The notes: a model not told the origin generated them from the letters alone. 64,000 nt of DNA from Spirochaetia bacterium (GCA_034520965.1 JAXHMY010000001.1:864001-928000), one strand, 5' to 3'; positions 30,794 to 42,652 are shown, counted from the stretch's first letter. Translations and numbers: made by a program.

Positions 30794-32090
30794 TTATGAG
30801 GATAACTGAGTAAGCTGGGTGTTCGAGCGGGTAAGTTTGTGTGCCAGCAGCTTAGACAGAAATATACCGTAGTGGGGATAGTTTTTCATTGCCTGCACAA
30901 AGGACTTGCGAGAGACCCGCACCAGCTTGCCGGTTTTATCGGCGGTGACGCTGGCGCTGCGACGGTTGTTGAGCAGGAAGGACATTTCCCCCATAAAGAC
31001 ATCCGCCGGAGAAAGCTCGCCGACTATTTTTCCGCTGTGGGTAACGGTAAAATGACCGCTGGAGATATAGTAGAGAAAATCACCCTTCTCACCCTCGCGA
31101 AAGACCACATCCCCCGACTTGGTAAACAGTACCTCCTCATCGGCAAAGCCTTCGGGAGTACCACGCTCGGAATACTCGGGATGCTGAAAGTTAAGCTGAA
31201 CTTCGTTGCCAGTTTCGTTATACTGAATCTCCGCACCGGAGTACTCAGCCATTTTTATTCCCCGCCCGTGGGGACGCATTTGATCCTGCTGTTCAATCTG
31301 ACCGCGCACCTTCTGTACATTAAAGCCCTTGCCCTGATCACGGATAATAAAGGCGGAGGAGTCACGACGGCTCTCCCACTCAAAATGCACCCGCTTGGCG
31401 GCAACCTCCGGATTAGAACAGCGCTCGAGAATAATATCCACCACGCTTTTGCCCTTTGAAAGCTCGGCATTTTTCTCGTCGTAGGTGATCCCGCAGTTTC
31501 CGTGCTCGATAGCATTGATCATCAGTTCGGCGAGGGCCATTTGCAGATCGAACTTATGTTCCCGAGGCCAGATAGCCCTGCTGCATGAGGCTGGTTACCG
31601 CAATACCGGCATAAATTGGAACGGCCAAAGGGTCGTTGTCAATTTCAAAAGAACCGGAGGAATGGCTTGAGAGGTGGGTGGCCAGCTCTCGCTGGAAAAT
31701 AAGCTGCCGGTTTTCAAGGATGATTGAGACCGATTTTGACAAGTGACTGACAATTCTTGATTTATCCAGCATTACCAATAAATTGAGTTCACCAAACTCG
31801 GTTATAATGGAGCGTTCATCCTGAGTCTGGCTGTCGTACACTCCGATCATGCCGAAACTGTGGAGCCAGGCATCTTTTTGCACAGCCTCTACAGTTTCGC
31901 GGTAGTTGATGAGGGGGTCATTGCAGTTAATGAGCACTACTTCGGGCAGTTCAAAATTGAGCGACTCCAGGGCCCGCTCCTGATTGGCTACCATCTTTAC
32001 CGAATAACCGCTGGGTTTCCGCTGCTCAAAGGCGGTTTTCACCCTCCGGCGTACACTTTTTTCAGAGTTTATTAATAAAACTAGTCCCAT
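30794..32090 (-). CDS. Receiver-like / HATPase (RsbW-type) / cNMP-binding protein, frameshift near 31560
   Basis: ELMINAIEHGN, DQGKGF and HGRGI; cNMP domain GEMSFLL...RSASV. Confidence 0.82.
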
Positions 32091-32139
32091 AGCTGTCCCT
32101 TGTACTTTCTAAGCATTAAGTTTCTTTTCGGAATTTCTG

Positions 32140-32355
32140 CTAGGCGTAGCGAGCTATTTCGCCGGTCTCGGCCTCAATAAAATAACCGGTTCTGAGGCAG
32201 GTTTCAAACAGGTTCGTACTCATTTGGTGGCGAGTTTCCTTAAAACCCCAGCGCCTTTCCTGCTTCATCAGTAAGGTATAACCGCTGCTGCTCTTTTCCA
32301 GTACCTCAACGTAAGTTCTATACTCACCATCACCTTTTACTACATAGTGTTTCAT
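32140..32355 (-). CDS. Small hypothetical protein
   Basis: GAGG RBS; 71-aa ORF ending LFETCLRTGYF. Confidence 0.65.
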   Translation of the reverse strand: MKHYVVKGDGEYRTYVEVLEKSSSGYTLLMKQERRWGFKETRHQMSTNLFETCLRTGYFIEAETGEIARYA

Positions 32356-32478
32356 GAAATTACCTCGCTTTCAGTATGTCCTGTAGTTATTTTCGGCATA
32401 TAAGGAAATTATTTGAGGTAATTCCGGTGATAATACAGCTGCACTTTTAGTTAACTTGTTAAGTTTTTAGTCCAGCTT

Positions 32479-33560
32479 TTAGTCCAGCACCAGAAATTTG
32501 TCTTCAATGTGCTCGAGCATCCAGCGTGCCTTCTCCTGGAGAATGGTGTTTTCAAGTCGCATTTCTGGGTACTTATCAACTTCGATCGACAGGGCTTTCT
32601 CCAGGAGCCGTCGATACTCCTGAGCATCCTGGTTTTTCACGGCTATACTCCCGGCCAGGGCGACATACGGGCCAAGGGCATGGCCATCGGATAGTTCAAC
32701 AGCTTGGTTAAAATGAAAACGGGCTTTCTGTTCAAGAGTGGTGGTGGCGGTGGCTCGGCGTCGGCGAAATCGTGCCTGGAATAAAACCTGTCTAAACTGC
32801 CCTTTGCATATGTGCCAATTTCGGAAGTTCCAAACAGCATCTGCACATCCGGAATCCCGCCGTATATCTCCAGCATTAGTGAATGCAGGGCCCCCTGCTT
32901 GTACTGCGGATCAACTTCCAGGGCGCGAACCGCCAGCGCAACCGGCCGGGGCAGCTCCATCAACAGCCCCATATCGAATCCGGCCGCTGAAACGGCCCCC
33001 ATCCAGCCGGCCGCCGCCCAATAGAGCCCGCGCAGGTCCTCCGCCTCCATGTGCATTAAGTAAGAAGAGCCCCGGCCGCTTTCCAGGGCAGCGCGAAAGC
33101 CCGGATACTCAAGCTCAAGCGAGCGCAGGGCGTAATCCCGGCCCCTCAGGTACATATTGCGGGCCCGCTGGAGCATCTCCTTTTGACGCTCAAGCTGCCG
33201 GTACTCGAGCATGCCCGCGGGGGTGTGAATAAAGGCATTTGCATACGAGATAAAGCCTTCGGCGGTAGCCTCCAGCAGGTCTCGGTTCTCCGGATTGCTC
33301 TGGAGCAGGCTTTCATACATCTTCAGTGCAAAGGGAAGGGCATCCTTCACCAGCTCCGGGTCGCCGTCGCTGCTGAACACCGAGCTTCCCCGGGGCGAGG
33401 CAACCGCATCGGCCACCATCGACGTGGCCATCTTGTTGATGGAACAGGAGGAGAGAACTGCCGCGCCTAGCAAAACAAGAGGTACAACAAGCGGTAAAAC
33501 AAGATGTATATCAAGCGGCGGAGCACTTCTTTCTGACTTCATACCTGAGTACCTATTCAC
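32479..33560 (-). CDS. TRAP-T associated TatT family lipoprotein, frameshift near 32750
   Basis: LSSC lipobox; DPELVKDALPFALK, YANAF, YLRGRDYA and YWAAAGW. After the shift it reads KARFHFNQAVELS...KARWMLEH to TAA at 32479. Confidence 0.8.
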
Positions 33561-34917
33561 CAGAATCTACAATTTGAAGGTTAAACCAAGCCCAACAAAA
33601 GAGCCCTGTACATCCGCCGGATTTGTATAAGATCAGTGCCGTCAAGGTACTGTAACGAATGTCATCGAACAAACCGATATACATGCTGTAGCCGGCATTC
33701 AGGTTCAGCATCATATCCCGGGTAAACAGATAATTCACACTCAGTTTTGCGGTTCCCCCGAAACTGGCGAGAAAACTAAAATTATCTCTGAACTCTTCAT
33801 CACCAAGAATTGGCACCATTGTACCAAGACCAACCGAAGCCGAAGGGGCGATACTCAGCCGGCCGAGCCGCAGGTTGTACTCCATTCCTACATACGAGAT
33901 TACCGGAAACCATATGAATAGATTATCTCCGAGGGGTACTTCCACCCCTGCTATAGGCCGCCAGTCATAGTAGCCCCTGGTAGCTGTTGCTTCGAGTCCA
34001 ATTACAAACCTATTTTCTATACCATCCGGAGCATTATCCTGGAGAACGTGGGCATATACTTCGGCATTCACTCCAAGCCGGGGAATTTCCTGCATCTGGT
34101 CGCCGATACCCGGTTTTTTACTACTGTAAACCTTGGTTGCAGTCGAGATTTGCTCGTCCACATCCTTTATCACAAACAGTCCGGCCTCTTCCGTACGGGT
34201 AAAACCGGAGGAGAGTATCCGGGATTCAGTAAGCGAATATTCATCACCAACCCGCACACCCATATTACGGCCGAACTCAATAATAACTTTTCTGCCATCA
34301 ATGTCCACAATTCCTGTTTTCAACTGGAACTCGGGTATGCTGCGCAGTTCATACTGCAGCTGTATTGGAATCATATCTACGGCGCTTTTTACGGCCTGCC
34401 TGGAATTATCTCCGCTTGCGCTGGTATCTATCTGGAAGCTGGCAAAGGCTTCGGCGGTATCCACCTTAATAAAGGTAAAAGAGGTCTGCAGTTCCGCCTC
34501 ATACTCACCACCCTCTTGATATACGTTGTAATAGGAGATAACCGGTACCACCACGATAAAAGAGCCTACCAGCTTATTGAAGTCGGCCTCGGTGAAGGTC
34601 TCTTCTCCTAGGCGTACTGCCTCCGGTATTTCAACATTCTCCTGCTTGAGCTCTTTGATTTTATTGATAAACTCATCAATCTCATTTGAGTCTAACCTAT
34701 AGTTCATTCCAAGGATGTTAAACCGGCCTAAATCTATAAACACATTCTGGATTGATTGGTCAACCAGGCCTAAGGCACCACTTGGAACGGAATAGTCTGA
34801 ATAGCTGAGGTTAAAAACTGCAATATCTTTTTTCTCCGACACTTCCTGGGCACCCGCCGGCATTACTCCCAGCAGCCCGACTAAAAGCACTACCGCCCAC
34901 CATGTTCTCCACCGCAT
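33553..34917 (-). CDS. Exported hypothetical protein, possible C-terminal beta-barrel
   Basis: Signal peptide; C-terminal alternating hydrophobic/aromatic strands. Confidence 0.65.
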   Translation of the reverse strand: MRWRTWWAVVLLVGLLGVMPAGAQEVSEKKDIAVFNLSYSDYSVPSGALGLVDQSIQNVFIDLGRFNILGMNYRLDSNEIDEFINKIKELKQENVEIPEAVRLGEETFTEADFNKLVGSFIVVVPVISYYNVYQEGGEYEAELQTSFTFIKVDTAEAFASFQIDTSASGDNSRQAVKSAVDMIPIQLQYELRSIPEFQLKTGIVDIDGRKVIIEFGRNMGVRVGDEYSLTESRILSSGFTRTEEAGLFVIKDVDEQISTATKVYSSKKPGIGDQMQEIPRLGVNAEVYAHVLQDNAPDGIENRFVIGLEATATRGYYDWRPIAGVEVPLGDNLFIWFPVISYVGMEYNLRLGRLSIAPSASVGLGTMVPILGDEEFRDNFSFLASFGGTAKLSVNYLFTRDMMLNLNAGYSMYIGLFDDIRYSTLTALILYKSGGCTGLFCWAWFNLQIVDSGE

Positions 34918-35040
34918 ACCTGTTCCTCCTTAGGTTGAATACAGATAGAAGCATACTATCAAGCCCGCCAAATTTCAATATTCTTATTAATTTTCCGGTT
35001 TTAGCCGCCTTTATTGCGGCTGTTATCTCGTCCGCCCCTG

Positions 35041-36189
35041 CTATTCGAGCCCGGGCAGCGTTTCCCAGCGTCCTTCCCGCCAGCTGCGCATTCCAAGCTC
35101 CGCCAGTTGGACTCCCTTCGCCCCTTCCAGCAGACTCCATCGAAAGGGTTCATCTTCGGCCACATGGCGCAGAAACAGCTCCCACTGGGCTTTGAAGGCA
35201 TTTCCTGCAGAATCTCGGGTGGGCATTGCGGTCCAGCCGGCGTAATAGTCGATGGGGCTTTCAATATCCGGGTTCCACACCGGCTTTGGAGTAGCAGAGT
35301 CATGCTGCACATAGCAGTCGCGCAGGCCCGCTACTGCACTGCCCGCGGTTCCATCTACCTGCAGGGTCAAAAGGTCGTCCCGGCGTACCCGGACCGCCCA
35401 GGAGCTGTTGAACTGGCAGACTATTCCGTTCTTCAGCTTAAAAATCGCATAGGCTGAGTCATCAGCCGTGCATGTGTATTCCTTGCCCTGTTCATCGATA
35501 CGGCTGGGTATATGAGTGGACCCCAGACTGGTCAGCGATTCGATCTCACCGAACAGGTTATCGATAACATAACGCCAGTGGCAGAACATATCGATCATGA
35601 TACCACCGCCCTCCTCTTTCCGGTAGTTCCAGGAAGGCCGCTGGCTAGGCTGATGATAACCGTCAAACACCCAGTATCCAAACTCGCCCCGCACCGATAA
35701 TATGCGCCCGAAGAATCCGCTTTTAATCAGATAGTCCAGCTTGAGCACACCCGGCAGCCACAGCTTATCCTGCACTACCCCGTGCTTCACTCCCGCTGCC
35801 TCTGCGGCGGTGTACAATTCCAGAGCTTCCGCGGCGGTGGTTCCGGTAGGCTTTTCACAATAGATGTGTTTACCCGCCTTTATAGCCCGGTGAATTCCCT
35901 CGGCCCGCATAGTGGTAAGCTGACTATCAAAATAAATTTGGTTAGATTTTTCCGACAGAGCCGTATCAAGATCGGTCGTATAATGTTCAAGATGGTAGGC
36001 AGAAGAGAGCCGACGAAGTTTATTTTCGTTTCGCCCTACCAGAATCGGCACCGGATACAACTGGTTTCCATTCTTCAGCGGCAGCCCGCCCTGCTCCCTG
36101 ATTGCCAGAATAGAACGGACGAGGTGCTGATTGGTTCCCATCCGGCCGGTTACGCCGTTCATAATTATACCTATTTTTTTTACAGCCAC
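35041..36189 (-). CDS. Gfo/Idh/MocA family oxidoreductase
   Basis: [12 protein letters not shown] and DMFCHW motifs. Confidence 0.9.
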   Translation of the reverse strand: MAVKKIGIIMNGVTGRMGTNQHLVRSILAIREQGGLPLKNGNQLYPVPILVGRNENKLRRLSSAYHLEHYTTDLDTALSEKSNQIYFDSQLTTMRAEGIHRAIKAGKHIYCEKPTGTTAAEALELYTAAEAAGVKHGVVQDKLWLPGVLKLDYLIKSGFFGRILSVRGEFGYWVFDGYHQPSQRPSWNYRKEEGGGIMIDMFCHWRYVIDNLFGEIESLTSLGSTHIPSRIDEQGKEYTCTADDSAYAIFKLKNGIVCQFNSSWAVRVRRDDLLTLQVDGTAGSAVAGLRDCYVQHDSATPKPVWNPDIESPIDYYAGWTAMPTRDSAGNAFKAQWELFLRHVAEDEPFRWSLLEGAKGVQLAELGMRSWREGRWETLPGLE

Positions 36190-36225
36190 CTGCTGTACCT
36201 CCTGAAATTTGCTTTAGAAAGTGCC

Positions 36226-37065
36226 TTATGTGTGTGTCTTATACGCTTCTAAAATCATATCGAGAAAACGGTTTTGATCCATAGTCCAATAGTAGGTGGA
36301 AAAAATTTCAACTTCAATAAAACCGTCAAACCCTGCCTGTTCGACCCAACCGCGAATTTGTCCCACCGGTATGCATCCCTCTCCCATCAAAGCCCGGTCG
36401 TGCAGCAGATCACGGGTGGGTGAACGCCAGTCGCATACATGAAAGGCGAAAATACGGCCCCCTTCCCCGGAGCGGGCAATTTCCCGCTGCAGCTCCGGAT
36501 CCCACCACAGGTGGTACACATCCACCGCCACCCCTACGTTAGCAGAGCCTATGCGTTCACACATATCATTGGCCTGTTTTAGAGTGTTTACAGCCGAACG
36601 GGTATCCGCGTACATCGGATGCAGGGGTTCAATTGAAAGCCTCACCCCCGCCGCTTCGGCGGCCTCGTTCATCTTCACAATTCCCTCTTCAATCTGCGCG
36701 CGGGAATCCTCCAGGGGCTGCCGCGGATCGGCCCCCGGGACAAGTACAATCGAGGGGGCTCCCAACTCGGCCGCCTCTTCGACGGCCAGCAAATTGTTCT
36801 CCAGGGCAGCGACTCTTTTGCTTTTTTCAGTGGATGCAAAGAAACCGCCCCGGCACAGGGAAACTACTTGCAGGCCGGCCTCTTTAATCTGCCGCCCCAC
36901 CGCAGTAATCGAGCGCCCCTCCAGGGTATCCCTCCAGACGGTGATGCCCTGTACACCTGCTTTGGCGTACTGTTCTATTGCTATCTCTATACTCCACGGC
37001 TTGGTGGTGATGCTGTGCACACATAAACGACCGGTATCATTCAGCGGCATTGTTTGCGAACTCAT
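36226..37065 (-). CDS. Sugar phosphate isomerase/epimerase (xylose-isomerase-like TIM barrel)
   Basis: IEPLHP, DVYH, HVCD and EVEIF metal ligands. Confidence 0.88.
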   Translation of the reverse strand: MSSQTMPLNDTGRLCVHSITTKPWSIEIAIEQYAKAGVQGITVWRDTLEGRSITAVGRQIKEAGLQVVSLCRGGFFASTEKSKRVAALENNLLAVEEAAELGAPSIVLVPGADPRQPLEDSRAQIEEGIVKMNEAAEAAGVRLSIEPLHPMYADTRSAVNTLKQANDMCERIGSANVGVAVDVYHLWWDPELQREIARSGEGGRIFAFHVCDWRSPTRDLLHDRALMGEGCIPVGQIRGWVEQAGFDGFIEVEIFSTYYWTMDQNRFLDMILEAYKTHT

Positions 37066-37084
37066 ACACTTTTCCTCTTCTGTT

Positions 37085-38503
37085 TTAGAACGGATTTAAA
37101 TCGACAGCCTGAAAACTCAGGTAAGGCCCGTCCTCAGCCAGCCGCTGCACATACACCGCCAGTTCCATCAGATGGTAGTCGCCCCACATGCAGGACTCAC
37201 CGTTTGGTATATGCTGCCCCGCCTGCACATGGTCCCAGCCATTCGGCCGATGGTAAATTGAGTGCAGCAGGAGCCCCTGATGATCCTCGTCACTTGAAAG
37301 ATAGGGTTCCTTGCACAAGGCGGCCGCCACGGTAAGCCCGGCTTGAAAGTAGCGGGAACCTGCGTCCCGGTCGGAAGCCTCCCCCTGCTGCAGGTAACGG
37401 CCCAGCCGCAGGAGCCCCTGGGCGGCAATTGCCGCCGCAGAGCTGTCCACCGGCTCCCACTGGTTATACGGCTCGGCCGGCCGGTTTTGGTAGTCACCCA
37501 ACTTGTGGAGGTTAGGAGCTCCCGTGTCCCAGTAGGGAATTCCATCGCTCGGCATCTGGTCAATATAAAAATCCGCCGTAGCCCGGGCTACCTCCAAAAA
37601 GCGATTGAGCACGGACTGTTTGTCGGGGAAATAGGGCAGCTCCAGAGCACTGAACTCCTGTTCCGGCAGGGTAGAGAAAAACTCCAGCTCTTCGGCAAAA
37701 CCGCAGAGGATCCATGCATGCCCGCGGGTCCAAGTACTAAAGGGCGAGTATCCCTGCTGACTACTGGGGCAGCGAAAGGCCCCGTTGGTGGTATTAAAAA
37801 TCGCCTCATGGGCTGTGCGGCCCCGGATATCGTAACTGTCCCGCTTCCCATTCCCAAAGTACACATTAAAGCGGGCACTTGTTTCGGCATGCTGCAGCAG
37901 CCGTCGAAGCAGCGAAATTTTCTGGTCACCCTCGCCCATCAGCACATGTCCGAAACGGTGGGCCACAGCCAGAATTCGCATACTGCGGATCGTATCGACA
38001 AACAGCGAATGAGGGCCGTTAAAGGTATACACATAGCCCAGATCCTTCGGCAGAGGCGTCCAGCGGGCAGCCTGCACCGCCCCCGAAACCTTCAGTGCCA
38101 AACGGTAAAACTCAGCTTCCCATTCATCATGGCTAATCCGCCCCTCGCCCATGAGCCGCAGGAGGTTACCGTAGGTACTTATATTGTTAAACCCATGGTC
38201 GTGCACCCCGGTATGGCTCACATGGGGGGCCATTAGCTCCACTGTTCTGCGGCGGCCGACTTCCAAAAAAGAGCTGTCCCCGGTTCCGTCAAACTGCAGA
38301 ATCGGAATGCCGAACTGAAAGCCCTGGGTCCATTCGGTCCAGCCCCGGGTAGTGTATTTTCCATTTACCGTATATACCGGAGTCCCTTGGCTGCGATCCC
38401 AGGCGGCATCCAAGTTTCGTATTTTCGGTCCCGCGGAGGTGAATACCTGCTGGATATCGGGCTTTAATTTTATTGGTGTAAGGTTCTCATCAATATTTAT
38501 CAT
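37085..38503 (-). CDS. GH88-like glycoside hydrolase (unsaturated glucuronyl hydrolase related)
   Basis: WTQGF, HDHGF, WTRGHAW, PYWD, DSSAAAI and WGDY motifs. Confidence 0.8.
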   Translation of the reverse strand: MINIDENLTPIKLKPDIQQVFTSAGPKIRNLDAAWDRSQGTPVYTVNGKYTTRGWTEWTQGFQFGIPILQFDGTGDSSFLEVGRRRTVELMAPHVSHTGVHDHGFNNISTYGNLLRLMGEGRISHDEWEAEFYRLALKVSGAVQAARWTPLPKDLGYVYTFNGPHSLFVDTIRSMRILAVAHRFGHVLMGEGDQKISLLRRLLQHAETSARFNVYFGNGKRDSYDIRGRTAHEAIFNTTNGAFRCPSSQQGYSPFSTWTRGHAWILCGFAEELEFFSTLPEQEFSALELPYFPDKQSVLNRFLEVARATADFYIDQMPSDGIPYWDTGAPNLHKLGDYQNRPAEPYNQWEPVDSSAAAIAAQGLLRLGRYLQQGEASDRDAGSRYFQAGLTVAAALCKEPYLSSDEDHQGLLLHSIYHRPNGWDHVQAGQHIPNGESCMWGDYHLMELAVYVQRLAEDGPYLSFQAVDLNPF

Positions 38504-38507
38504 TTCC

Positions 38508-39302
38508 TCACAGCTCCTTAATATGAAACCCGCCGTCGACATGAATTACCGAACCCGTAGAGAAGGCCATATCCCCCTCGATAAGCGAACGTACCGCCTT
38601 ACCAATATCTTCCGGATAGCCCCAGCGGCGCTGGGGAACCATTCCATCCGCAATGAGGGGGTCGTACTTCTGCCTTACCCCTTCGGTCATGTCGGTTGCT
38701 ATAATTCCAGGCCGGACTTCGTACACTTGCACATTCTCGCCGGCCAGTCGCCGTGCCCACAGCTGGGCTCCCATGGCAGCCCCAGCCTTGGATACACAGT
38801 ATTCACCCCGGTTCAGCGAAACCGTATCGGCGGATATGGAAGTGACAAACACCACCTTAAATCCACCGGAGAGCAGGGCCTTCGGTTGTGCCTGCATCCA
38901 GTAGCGTACCACTTTCTGGGTAAGGAAGTAGGGCCCCTGCAGGTTAATCCGCATCAGCCGTTCAAAGGACTCCTCCGTTGCATCTACGATATCATTCCGC
39001 TCCAGGGGCGCAACACCGGCGTTATTTACCAATCCGTCGATCCGTCCGAACAGGGACAACGTATGCTCCACCAGAGAGTTGCGACTCCCAGTATCTCCCA
39101 CATCTCCCTGCAGGGCAAAAAAAAGCTGTTCCTTATGAGGAGCGTAGGATTTGCATTCTTCCACCGCCGCTTCAGCTGCTTCGGCATTGCTACGGTAATT
39201 TACCCCTACCGAGCAGCCTGCTGCGGCTAATTGCGTAGCGACGCCGCGGCCGATACCGCGGCCGGCGCCCGTGACAAGTACTACCGGTCCGGCTGTGCTC
39301 AT
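38508..39302 (-). CDS. SDR oxidoreductase (3-ketoacyl-ACP reductase-like)
   Basis: TGAGRGIG, NNAG and YCVSK motifs. Confidence 0.9.
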   Translation of the reverse strand: MSTAGPVVLVTGAGRGIGRGVATQLAAAGCSVGVNYRSNAEAAEAAVEECKSYAPHKEQLFFALQGDVGDTGSRNSLVEHTLSLFGRIDGLVNNAGVAPLERNDIVDATEESFERLMRINLQGPYFLTQKVVRYWMQAQPKALLSGGFKVVFVTSISADTVSLNRGEYCVSKAGAAMGAQLWARRLAGENVQVYEVRPGIIATDMTEGVRQKYDPLIADGMVPQRRWGYPEDIGKAVRSLIEGDMAFSTGSVIHVDGGFHIKEL

Positions 39303-40559
39303 ACCCGGGTCACCTCCACTTCGGCTCCCTTACGCTCGGCGGACAAATACCCTGCATACACCACAGCAATGGTATCGGCGGCCAGCATACTGTCGGCCTC
39401 CACCGGCTGCCCCTCGGCGGCCGCCCTGTAGAAGGCCTCCATCTCGTGCTGATACCCGGTAAACCAGTCCTCGTCCGGTGAAGTAAAGGCCCAGCCCTGT
39501 TTAGTACCGGTTTTCTCTACCACATAAATGTCGTTAAAGTACTCATCCTTGGGATTATAGGTTTGAAAGGCGGTGTTAGGGTTAATATTACAGATACCCC
39601 GGTGATTGTGAGCCGACACCTCAATCCAGTTGTGCACTCCTCCTAAGACCAATTCTGAGGCAAAAATGTCGGCAAAGGTACCATCCTCAAAGACCACATG
39701 GATAGCCGCAAAATCCTCAATGTCGGTGTAGGTAGCACGCAGATGTCCCTTGTCGATAAAGTTTTCAGAACGGGTGAGTGCATGGGTGCGGGCGCTCACC
39801 GACTGCGGTCGGATTGATCCGCCCCCGCGCATCCGTCCTTCGACCTTTTTCAAATACAGGGCGGCCGTGAGGGGATGAACTCCCTTGCCGATCATAGATC
39901 CACCCCCCGAATGCGACCATATTCCGTAGTACTGCGAATGGGAGCCCGAGTGTGACTCTTCCCCATGCATCCAGAGAATCTGGGCTCCGGTCTTCTCGAT
40001 TATCTCCCGCTCCTTCTGTACCGCCGGGGCGTAGACCCAGTTTTCCGCATAAAATATTTGTCCCTTGCTGCGTTCTTCCGCCGCCAGCAACCGCCTGACA
40101 CTGCCCAGAGCCGCCTCTAAGCCCTGCTCCCGCGGGAAGGTGTCTCCGCTGAAACCGCTCTTGCTCAGCGGGTTCAGTGCCGACCGCACCCCCTGCTTCG
40201 CCTCTTGCTTCGCCTCTTGCTTCGTCCGAAGCCTCGTCCTTGGTGGGGCCAAAATAGCCGGTAAAGGGTTTCTCAATTATTACCGTTTTATCGGCTTCCA
40301 GTGCCTGTACCGCCACCGGCTCGTGCGCTGCCGGGGGTACACAAATATGAACCACATCGGATTTCTCAATTAACTCCTCGAGAGTCTCGGCTACTTTAAT
40401 TTCATTTTTTTTGCCGAAGGCTTCACGATGCTCGCGGTGGGGCGAATAGACTCCAGTTATCTCAACCTCAACTCCATACACTCGCCGCAGGGCCTCCACA
40501 TGAAAGGATGCGGAAAAACCCGAGCCGACAATACCTGTTCTCAATGTTTGTTTCTTCAA
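39299..40559 (-). CDS. Gfo/Idh/MocA family oxidoreductase, frameshift near 40160
   Basis: GSGFSA and IEKP in the 5' ORF; YAENW and GGGSMIGKGVHP in the 3' ORF. Confidence 0.82.
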
Positions 40560-40581
40560 TGTTTCCTCCTTACTTTAATAA

Positions 40582-42105
40582 TTAACCGGACCGCTTGAAA
40601 GCTCCGAACACTGTTTCCTTGGCCTGCCGCATCATCCGTCTGAACCAGGGCACCTTGCTCACCAGGGTAAACACCGTCAGCAGCACAATAATCAAACTAA
40701 TTGGCCGGGTAATCAGGGGCGTCAGGTCTCCATCGGTTATTACCAGTGCCCGCCTCAGGTTTTTATCCAAAATATCTCCCAGGATAATTCCCAATACCAG
40801 CGGTGCCACCGGGTAATCCATTTCCTTCATCATAAAACCGATCAGACCAAATACCACCATCACCCCGATTTCAAAAATACGCGAGTGGATTGCATAGGCT
40901 CCAACTACACACAGTACAAATACTACCGGCATGAGCTTTTCCCGGGGAACCAGCAATACCTTCACCAGCCCCCTGACCATCGACATACCCAGCACATACA
41001 TCCCGATGGTGGCCATAAACACCATTGCCACCGTTTGATACACAAACTCCGGTGATTCCATCATTATTAAAGGACCCGGCCGGACATTATGAATAAACAT
41101 AGCCGCCAGCAAAACCGCCGCCGGGGCCGAGCCGGGAATGGCGAGGGCGAGTACCGGAATAATGGTTCCTCCAACCGCCGCATTATTTGCGGTTTCCGCC
41201 GAAATGAGGCCCTCGTAGCTGCCCTTTCCGTACTTCTCCGGTTCCTTGCTTGCATTCTTCGCAAAGTCGTAGGAGACCCAGGAAGCGATATCCTCTCCAA
41301 CTCCGGGTATCGCCCCCACAAAGGTGCCGATAACTCCCGAGCGGATGATAGTCTTCCAGTGTTTTATAACATCCTTGGGTTTGGGAAACACCCGGTTTAT
41401 CTTCGTTTCGATTACCTCAAGCTTCCGGTTCTTCATTACCGAGATAATTTCGGAAAAACCAAACACCCCGACCATTGCCGGAATCAGGTCAATCCCTCCA
41501 GAGAGATTTACACTATTAAATGAGAAGCGCACATAGGCATGAATCCCTTCCATCCCTATCATTGCCACAAACAAGCCTAGAAAACCGGCTATCCAGCCCT
41601 TGAGGGGATCCTTAGGGGCAGTCAGGTTTCCGCTAATCACCACGCCAAAAATGGCCAGGGCAAAAAACTCAAAGGATTGAAAGTTCAGTGCAAGATTTCC
41701 GATAAGCGGGGTAAAAATCGCCAAAAACAGAAGTCCGATCATAGAGCCGAAAAAAGAACCGGTGGTACCGATCCCGATCGCACTGCCCGCAAAGCCGCTC
41801 CGGGCCAGGGGGTGCCCGTCCATTGCAGTGGCCGCATTGGCCGGAGTCCCGGGTATGTTAAGCAGGATCGCACTGCGGCTGCCGCCGTAGATGGCTCCCA
41901 CATACATACAAATTAATATTAGCACCGCCTGGCTGGCGGGCATCTTGAAAGTGAGGGTAGTCATCAGAGCTATTCCCATCGTGGCGGTTAAGCCGGGAAG
42001 CATTCCGACAAGTATCCCCAACTGGGTAGCCCACAATACATGAAAAATGGACCAGAAATTCATGTACTCCATTAGTCCGTCAAAGAACATTACAAGTCCA
42101 TGCAT
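40582..42105 (-). CDS. tctA: Tripartite tricarboxylate transporter large permease
   Basis: GMLPGLT, NIPGTP, ETANNA and AIPGS motifs. Confidence 0.93.
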   Translation of the reverse strand: MHGLVMFFDGLMEYMNFWSIFHVLWATQLGILVGMLPGLTATMGIALMTTLTFKMPASQAVLILICMYVGAIYGGSRSAILLNIPGTPANAATAMDGHPLARSGFAGSAIGIGTTGSFFGSMIGLLFLAIFTPLIGNLALNFQSFEFFALAIFGVVISGNLTAPKDPLKGWIAGFLGLFVAMIGMEGIHAYVRFSFNSVNLSGGIDLIPAMVGVFGFSEIISVMKNRKLEVIETKINRVFPKPKDVIKHWKTIIRSGVIGTFVGAIPGVGEDIASWVSYDFAKNASKEPEKYGKGSYEGLISAETANNAAVGGTIIPVLALAIPGSAPAAVLLAAMFIHNVRPGPLIMMESPEFVYQTVAMVFMATIGMYVLGMSMVRGLVKVLLVPREKLMPVVFVLCVVGAYAIHSRIFEIGVMVVFGLIGFMMKEMDYPVAPLVLGIILGDILDKNLRRALVITDGDLTPLITRPISLIIVLLTVFTLVSKVPWFRRMMRQAKETVFGAFKRSG

Positions 42106-42121
42106 ACTACAACAGCCTCCT

Positions 42122-42652
42122 TTAAGGCAAACTCACCAAGAACAGGTAGCGAAATATCGCAGTCACTATAGCAGAAACTAGGATTGCCATAACTGCAGCA
42201 ATAAACAGCTTTTTCTTCTTTCTTTTGGGCGGATCATTTTTCTGATATTCAAATATTCCAATAAAAGCAAATACAAACAGAAAGGTGGATAGCAGATAGG
42301 GCAGACGGCCGACCAAACCCCAGGCGTACACCAGGGTAAGCGCAATTGTACCGATGGCCCGCAGGATCGAATCCTTTATAAAAAAGGCGCGGGTCTTCTT
42401 CCCGTTAATCTCTAATATGTATCCCCTCTGGCGAATTGATCGCACCAACATAATCAGGGCAAATATTCCGATTACCACTCCTAAAAAGCCGGGGACAATC
42501 CCCGGTACCGACAGCGGGTTTACCTCCCGGTTTTCCAGGCGCGGCATATTAATCGACATCACCACCACAGACACCGCAAATACCAATAATACTAGTGAAC
42601 TGATAAAATCTGCTTTCGGCATATCTTTTTCATTCATATTCCTACTCCTCAC
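42122..42652 (-). CDS. tctB: Tripartite tricarboxylate transporter small subunit
   Basis: Four to five transmembrane segments, PGIVP, C-terminal LP; lies between tctC and tctA. Confidence 0.88.
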   Translation of the reverse strand: MRSRNMNEKDMPKADFISSLVLLVFAVSVVVMSINMPRLENREVNPLSVPGIVPGFLGVVIGIFALIMLVRSIRQRGYILEINGKKTRAFFIKDSILRAIGTIALTLVYAWGLVGRLPYLLSTFLFVFAFIGIFEYQKNDPPKRKKKKLFIAAVMAILVSAIVTAIFRYLFLVSLP

